From Bispira polyomma (lineage: Eukaryota), in contig OZ287753.1 of the NCBI GenBank assembly GCA_965649765.1, positions 37,882,001-37,946,000 of the forward strand: 64,000 bases of DNA, written 5' to 3'. Under the pieces are notes generated by a model that made no database searches, was not told where the DNA came from, and saw only the letters and a list, made by a program, of their open reading frames with translations. Made by a program: the position numbers and the translations under genes. Every line of letters starts with the position of its first letter. Within the stretch, counting starts at the first letter, position 1. Shown piece by piece: positions 56,880-64,000 of this stretch.

Positions 56880-58720
56880 GTCTGTAGGCTCAATAAATAC
56901 CACTTAGCATTACAACAAAAAATAATAAAGATTAGCCCAAGCTGCTCTGCTATTCTATCAAAAAGGTACTCCACCAATCCTCATCTATAGGATTTTTCTT
57001 CCTGCAAAACTGAAAAGATTAGATAAACTTTTGAACAATCAAAAATGAATGCTTATCACTAAATTCTGAGATGAAACCAAATCCTTCAGTAGTTTCCATG
57101 AAATATCTGAGACAGAAGTCCTAATTTTAATACTTTTGCAGCACTTAAGTTCTGAAAATAACCAGATTCTAAGACGCAAGATATAGATGATGATCATAGC
57201 TTATGTATCCATTAGACAGGCATAGGTCCACACCATGAAGGCATCAGGAAGCTGTACCATCTAAGAAGGAAAAGCCTAGCTGAACAGATAGGTTTTGAGT
57301 TTTTGTCTGAAACAGGCTGAAGACCGCATAGCGAATTTCGTAAGGCAACTTATTCCACACCTTAAGAGCATCATAAGCAAAATTATGGTTGAAATGGATT
57401 AGGTTTAGAAGTGGATAGTTTAAAAATTGGAACATTTGTCAGGCCTACTTAACATAGTATTGTGTAAACTTGTACAAGGAGAAAGGAATGGCTGGAATTA
57501 CTGTTGAAGACCTGAGTTTAGAAATTTGTCTTGTTTGCACTACAATTTACAAAGATCTAGCCTGGAAAGGCTTCTGAAGGTAGAATTACAGCCAAGGTGA
57601 CTAGTCACTAAGGTATTTGTGGCCATGGTAGCCACCATAGAAGTCAGTTAACGTCTAATTCTTCTAAGATCCCTGAGTTAAACAAAACAGGCCTGGAGCA
57701 CTACCTGAACATGATTAGTATAAATGAGAAATCAGAGTCAAGCATCTCTCCATGGTTTCATACAATTTCAGCAGAATATAGCAGGTTGGCAAGACTAAAT
57801 AAACACCCTTATTACAACAACTTGATTGAAAATAATAAAGATAATCCCCAGCTGCTCTGCACTTCTATAAAAAATATACTCCATTAATACTCGTCTGTAG
57901 GATTGCTAGATTACACCACCTTGCTGGATTTAGCCAACACCATAGACAAAATTTTCAGCCAGCAAAATTGAAAAGATTAGATCAACTTTTGAACAATCAG
58001 ATGCATGCTCATCACTAACATCTGGGATCAAACCAAAGTCCTTCAGTAGTTTCTCAAACTTGTTAAATCTAGTCCATCAAAGTATTGTGCCATTGACCCC
58101 TTACCCCATATCTTGTTAAAGAGTGCATTGATGTTTTACTTACTGATATTTTACTTACTCACTGATGTTTTACTTACTTACTCGCACATATTATCAATTG
58201 ATTTCTTCAGTAAGGTCAGTTCCCTTCATGTTTTAAATGAAGCTTTAATGTGACCCCACTCGATCCTAAAGAAAAGCAATCTAGACAGGAACATATTACA
58301 TAATTATATATGATATGCTCTAGAGTTGCTCTAGACAGAGGAAATTTAGTAGCCATCATACTATTATACCTATCAGCATAATTTGGTACCATTCTGAATT
58401 GACTCAGAAAATGGTGTATGGAGTCAAGTGGACTGCACTACAAACAGGAAACAGGATAAAAGTCTGCACTAATTTGCCAGAACCATTAAGTTTTCCTGAA
58501 TGTGTTTTGACATATCTCAGTTTTAGGACCTCCCCTCTTCACCCTCAAGTTCAAGGTCAGTCGATCACCACCTGCATGCAGATGACACTGAAATATACAT
58601 CATATTTTATGCCAACAGTGTGCATCTAAACTTACTGAGATCCCCCTCTATCTCGATATGAGGAGAAGCTCTGGAAATGGGAAAATGCAAAACTCAAACT
58701 TATCATAATTGATAATTCCA
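56880..58720. mobile_element. Cluster of degenerate L2/CR1-like LINE fragments on both strands
   Basis: Plus strand SPSKYCAIDPLP..LVKECIDVLL and HADDTEIY (YADD-like) with many frameshifts; two related copies at ~56890-57100 and ~57800-58055; minus strand VWNKLPYEIR at ~57350. Confidence 0.7.
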
Positions 58721-58929
58721 ATATTGAAGGCCAGCTGTAATCCTTCTTTTCAAATAAGTTTACCAATTAATGAGGTCAGAAACTTTAAGTCCTTTCAGTG
58801 GCCATGATTCAAACATGTACTGTATGCTTTCTGTTATCATGTAAAAGACCTAATTGGAGATAATCTTCTATTTGAGCACGGATACTAGTCTAGGGTATTA
58901 CAACCCACTGCTATATATTATCAGCAAGG

Positions 58930-60065
58930 CGAATCTGTCTAACGGCAAAAGGTACAAAATGCCCTGAACTTGTGGTAACTGCCTATCTGTCTCTTCCTCT
59001 CACCGACCTAAACAGGCCGGACACTTGGACTCAACAAGTCACACAGGTTAAGGGCCATGATGTAAGGTCCATGGCGGCCTCTTTGGCCTTTAGAGGGGGA
59101 GTGGCTCTAGATGAGATTTTGTCCTCCTGTTACTAGAGATCTCACTCAACCTTTACGAGAAATTTTTACTTTAAGGATGTGTGCTGGCACAATGGGGAGA
59201 TTATCAAGTTAGGGCCAATTGTAGCTTCTCAACATATTGTAAACCCTTAAGTGAGTCTAGACTTATTCTTTGTGTTTTTTCTCAAGAATATGTTTTGCAT
59301 TTGTTTGTCATTGTAAATTTTAAGTGATCAATTTTTATATGACTTATACTTGTCTTTCTTCTGTTTTGTAGATGATCAGAAGTTCCTGTAAATAGTGTAC
59401 AGAATTGGTTTATGGATCTTGTACAGTTGATTGACAAATGTTTGGTGTGCATATCTTTAAGATGCATTAGTATTGGTATGCATGACTTTATGATGCATGT
59501 GATTGGAGTGCATACAGTTGAAGATGCACAGACTTCCTTAAAGTGCATGGTTTGAAGATGCACCTAGTATTCACAGACAACCAGGAAATTGTTAAGGTTG
59601 GTACCATACAATTTTTTTGTTCTCTTTGTTTAATAATCTTTACTGTAAGGACATAGCTTCATCACCTTCCGATATGGCTGAATTCAGCTATTGTTAGGAA
59701 ATAGTAAGGGCAATTTTCGCTATAAAATTGCCAAATTTAAAAATTAATTTTAAATTTTATTAGATAATTACTTACTATTTCCAAACAAGGAAGAGTCCCT
59801 TCCTACCATCCTCACAAGTTAAGTCTTCACAATGGTCTTGCTTGCAACAAAAATTATGAAGTTTACCGCCTATTGGCTACCCACGTGACTTATTATTAAG
59901 GGGGGACTGATCATTGTCCACTACACAGACCTTAAATTCACTGGTTATTCTTAAGGTAGCATAAAACCTTTATCTTCGTTGGCCAGTGAATTGGACGGCT
60001 CCAACACGTAAGCTATTGTTAGGAAATAGTAAGTAATTTTCTAATAAAATTTAAAAATAATTTAA
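58930..60065 (+). mobile_element. 3' remnant of a DIRS1-like tyrosine-recombinase retrotransposon
   Basis: 59041-59250 translates KGHDVRSMAASLAFRGGVALDEILSSCY*RSHSTFTRNFYFKD...LGPIVASQ (HxxR motif and candidate catalytic Tyr; TAG replaces the usual Trp); ICR/terminal-repeat-like direct and inverted repeats at 59686-59788 and 60011-60063. Confidence 0.75.
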
Positions 60066-60879
60066 TTTAAAAATCTGTTTGTATGAAAATGTAAACAAAA
60101 TCATTTTTTCCCATAATTTGTTATTGAAAAAATTTGTCTTTGTCATAATTATTTATAAAGATGTATCCAATGTGAGATTCAATTTTAGTCAACTTTGAAA
60201 TATGAATAAATATTCCACCAATTTATCTCTGTACACAGTTTATTACAAAATAACCATATATGTGCACATTTGCATATGTCGAAAACATGTGGCCACATGT
60301 TTTTGTTACCAAATTTAAAAAAGAAAATCACATTGCTGAGAAAAAGGTCAGCATTTCAATAAAGATTGACCAAATATAAATCTATAATACACACAACTTA
60401 CTTAAAGTTATGCCCACTATGTGAATATTTGGCTAAAGACCGATTCAAATTTTTGTTGGTTTCTTTTACCTTACTTTTAACTTTATTATAAGATAAATGT
60501 ATACAGTATCATATATTAAAATATGCAACATCAACATCTTATGGATAGTGTTATACTATATTTAGCATACATGGACATATCTGACTGAGTTTGAGGGACC
60601 CAGCTAGGGTTTAACAGGGGGAAAGTGTCAAAAGTGTTGAATAGAAATAACATAACAGTACCATAAGCTTGCATTCATCCAATTATCACACTTATATTTA
60701 ATCGTTTGTCAATAAACAATGATATGTAAAAATTGTGTTTCTATGGATTTAGCATCACTGGGGCAGGACATCAGACTAGGGGAATGATTTATGCACTGCA
60801 AACCACCGGCCTTTTGCAAGACTACTGCCAACTTTTCCCAATACACATCCAAGATTTGAACAGATATGCCACAGGTATA

Positions 60880-61520
60880 GTTTTCGAACTGCTAATTTTA
60901 AGGGTAAATGTTTTAAAATCTTGTGATCTAAAGTTTGGTTTTAAAAGTAATCATTTTATTATTTAATGTACAGTTCTTCCGGAAGAGATCATTAAGTATT
61001 ATAACAACAATTTTTCATGCTGCTAGATGCTAGCAAAGCATTTGACTGTGTACATTATTTTAAGTTATTTTCCTTTGTTGTTTCAGAAAGGATTTTGTCC
61101 TTATCTATGTCATCCTTTTGATAATATATATATATCTATATTTGTACTTGTGTAATACTGTTAGGGTTAAATGGGGGTAATTATGTTTCTGACTCATTCA
61201 TTGTTTCTTATGGTGTAAAACAATGAGATTTGCTTTCACCAACATTATTTACTATGTACATAGATGATTTACTTATTAATGCAAAGGATACTGGCTTTGG
61301 TTGTCACATTGGTACAAAATTTATGGCAGCATGTAGGTATGCTAATGATATAATTTTTATTGCTCCATCAGTTTCTCTTAAACGTATGTTTAAATTATGT
61401 GATGTATTTGAAGTGAAGTAACATGTTACATTTAATCCTGATATGTATCCGTTCCTTCACTATTAAATAAATAACAAAAATGTAGTTAATGGTATTAAAC
61501 ATAATAATGTATTTATTTAA
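60880..61520 (+). mobile_element. Degenerate non-LTR reverse transcriptase fragment
   Basis: LDASKAFD, GVKQ*DLLSPTLFTMYIDDLL, YANDI (YADD-like) with stops and frameshifts. Confidence 0.75.
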
Positions 61521-61624
61521 AGAGCAGAAAGTGTATTGCTCTCAAAATTTTCTAGATACGTAGATGTTTAAATTGTAAACACCAGCATTGTATACAAATG
61601 ATATGATATGATAGATGATTTATA

Positions 61625-63660
61625 GGTTTATAGGAAACAGTGATTTGAGGTTATCTCTGTCTTTTTAGTGATGATCAGTATGAATTCAGTTTTGTCAGGA
61701 TTAAGTTTGAGTTTGGCAAAATTGATCCAATCCTTGCTGGCCTTGGGCATAAGAGCATTAGCATGATTTTTCTCACTTTTATATTGTCTTCTGCCAAACC
61801 AAGTTTTGTCTGGCACCAAGAAACGGGGGCATGAGTGTCAAGTATTTTGATGAGTATTATATTTTGGTCACAATTTTCGGCTTGTTTACATGAATATTTG
61901 ATGAGGTTGGAGGCCAGTATGTCATGTAAAAATTCTTGTATGTCAATTCTATTTAATTTACAAATTTTAATGACGTTGATTCTAGCTTTGATCTCTTTGG
62001 AGCAATAAAGTAGTGGCAAAAGTGGCAAAACGATTAGAGATACTTTCTGAGACACCATGCAGTGCTTTACAACAGGGTAGACTCAGATTGACTCATCACT
62101 AGATCAAGAATATGGTTGTGGATGCGGGTAGCCATTTTAATGTGCTGAATGTAACCGAAAATGTCCTGAAGGGTTTTGAAAATTAGTGATCTAGGCCTCA
62201 ATGACATCAAATTGTATGACATCAAATTGTTCTCCAAATATGAGGCATTTAAATGGAAGCAAACTGAGGGTTTCCAGAAATAGTATAGATTCAGTAAAAA
62301 ATTCTTCTCGATTTGAAGAAGATGGTGATACTTTACAAGTGATGGCTTCGAAAGTAGTGGTTGATAGAATTTCTAATGCGAAGTGATACTCCACAAAGAT
62401 TCCAACACCATCACCACGCCTATGTGGTAGTTTCCTGGTTCCTGACAAGCAGACGATGTCAAGGTCTATTAACCTTGTGACATCGATAAAAAAGAAACAT
62501 TGTTGGGAATAAATCTCACATTTAAGCTACTGATCTTAAGCTGGCTGCAATGAAGACACTTACTAAGTGTATGAATAACATAAAAAAATAATAATTATTA
62601 TTTTATGTTATTCATTATGAATAATATAATTTATAGCCAGTTGCACTAAATTATTCCAATCTGCTTTACAATCACAATTACATTCCCAATATTACTATAT
62701 CCATTTATAACATGCTTTTTTATGCTAGGCATCTTTCTAAAGCGCAACTGCAGAATCAGTGATCCAATTGTGTAGTCCATGAGCATAGCAAGGTCGTAAG
62801 GAAAGATATATAAGTTGTACAGGCGGGAACTAGGGTAGGCAAGGTTAAAAAATAGGTTTTCAGCTTTTTTCAAACCAGTAAGTGTATCTACTGATCTGAT
62901 GTCAACTGGGAGACTGTTCCAATAACAAGGGAGCCGCAATTCAGAAAGCTCTGGATTCCTGGTGGGTCTGAACAAAATTCTAGAGTGAATGGTAAGCTAG
63001 TGTTTTTTTCAGGTAAGGAGTGACATTGGTGCAACCGTCTAGGCAAAAAATTACCCTGCATAGGTATTTTTAATGGACTGGAGCTTTTTAATCTGTGACT
63101 TGTTTACTCCAAACAAATAAGAGTTGTAGTAGTCAAGGCAGCTGCTCACAAGTGCGTTAGCCACAGTTATAACAGTGTCCAGTGACAGCTAGGTGGTGTC
63201 GGATTCTTTTAATGTCACAAATGTGGTAAAAGCAGGAGCAACAGATGTTGGCAATATAAGCGTCAAACGAAAAGGCAGAGTCGAAAGTGACACCAACATT
63301 TTTGGCATTTTTGAATGGTAGAAGGTTAAGGTAGTTACTAAGAGTAACGTAGGATCTGATCCAATAGAGGACAGTGCCATTAAATCTGAACTATTGTTTG
63401 AGGGTGTCACAAAATAGGCCATGGTCGATGGTGTTGAAGGCTGCTGAGAGATCTATAAGGGTGAGGTCCAGTGTTTCATTGTGGTCCAATGTAAGATTGA
63501 TATCATTGCTGATAGAAAAGGGGCACTTTCCGTATAGTGAAACTTTATGTAAGCAGATTATTGACGATTTTTAATGTTTTGTGTGTTGAGGTGGTCAGAA
63601 AGTTGTTGTGCCACAGCTTTCTTAATGACTTTGAAAATAAAGCTGAGATTAGAAACCGAT
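61625..63660 (-). mobile_element. Rearranged degenerate L2-like LINE fragments (endonuclease, linker, RT, 3' end)
   Basis: RGDGVGIFV, ILDTHAPV, LKLNPDKTEFI, DLSAAFNTIDH-like and YWNSLPVDIRS motifs on the minus strand. Confidence 0.7.
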
Positions 63661-63965
63661 CTGTAAAATTTGAATGGGAAAAGACAGAATTTACCATGCT
63701 TGAACTTGAGTTTTCAATAAAAGTAAATGATGTACCAGGGCTAAACTATTTGAAACTTTAAAAATATAAAGAAAGGAGTAAAAAATGGAATATTAGATAC
63801 TTAACACTATTTGGTATACATAAACAATAATAATAAAGACAAACATCACTTCCAAATGTATCCACCTGTCAACATCAATACAGAGATCAGATTATGAAGA
63901 CCTTAAATAATATTTTGTATAACTTTTTGTGGAATGGAAAACCTGACAAAATAAAGACAAAATAA
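63660..63965 (+). mobile_element. Degenerate L1/Tx1-like RT C-terminal fragment
   Basis: KWNIRYLT and YNFLWNGKPDKIK motifs. Confidence 0.55.
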
Positions 63966-64000
63966 ATAAGTTATATACAAACATTAACTGTATTATACCC

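Overview
Eukaryotic, AT-rich, intron-rich DNA containing the complete coding region of one invertebrate (lophotrochozoan-type) muscle myosin II heavy chain gene on the + strand. The ATG is at 887, the last stop at 55017 and a candidate AATAAA at 55729. I mapped 34 coding exon positions plus alternative tail exons by reading GT/AG boundaries and phases; one path gives about 1950-1995 aa. Nine exon positions are clusters of tandem, same-phase duplicates that are probably mutually exclusive (2,2,3,2,3,2,4,3,2 copies), and there are three alternative C-terminal tail exons. That gives about 576 theoretical motor domains and about 10,000 theoretical full-length isoforms. Many of these exons are missing from the ORF track. 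Two intronic ORFs look like internal starts for headless rod proteins: a 152-codon catchin/myorod-like exon (41080-41535) and an unexpected second one that runs in frame into exon 24 (38406-38753). Also present: a decayed extra exon-5 copy, an assembly gap that may hide a fifth exon-16 copy, several tandem duplications of splice junctions, MITE/SINE-like repeats and, after 56 kb, degenerate LINE and DIRS fragments. Exon numbers are my own. Isoform usage is inferred from sequence only and the species cannot be determined.
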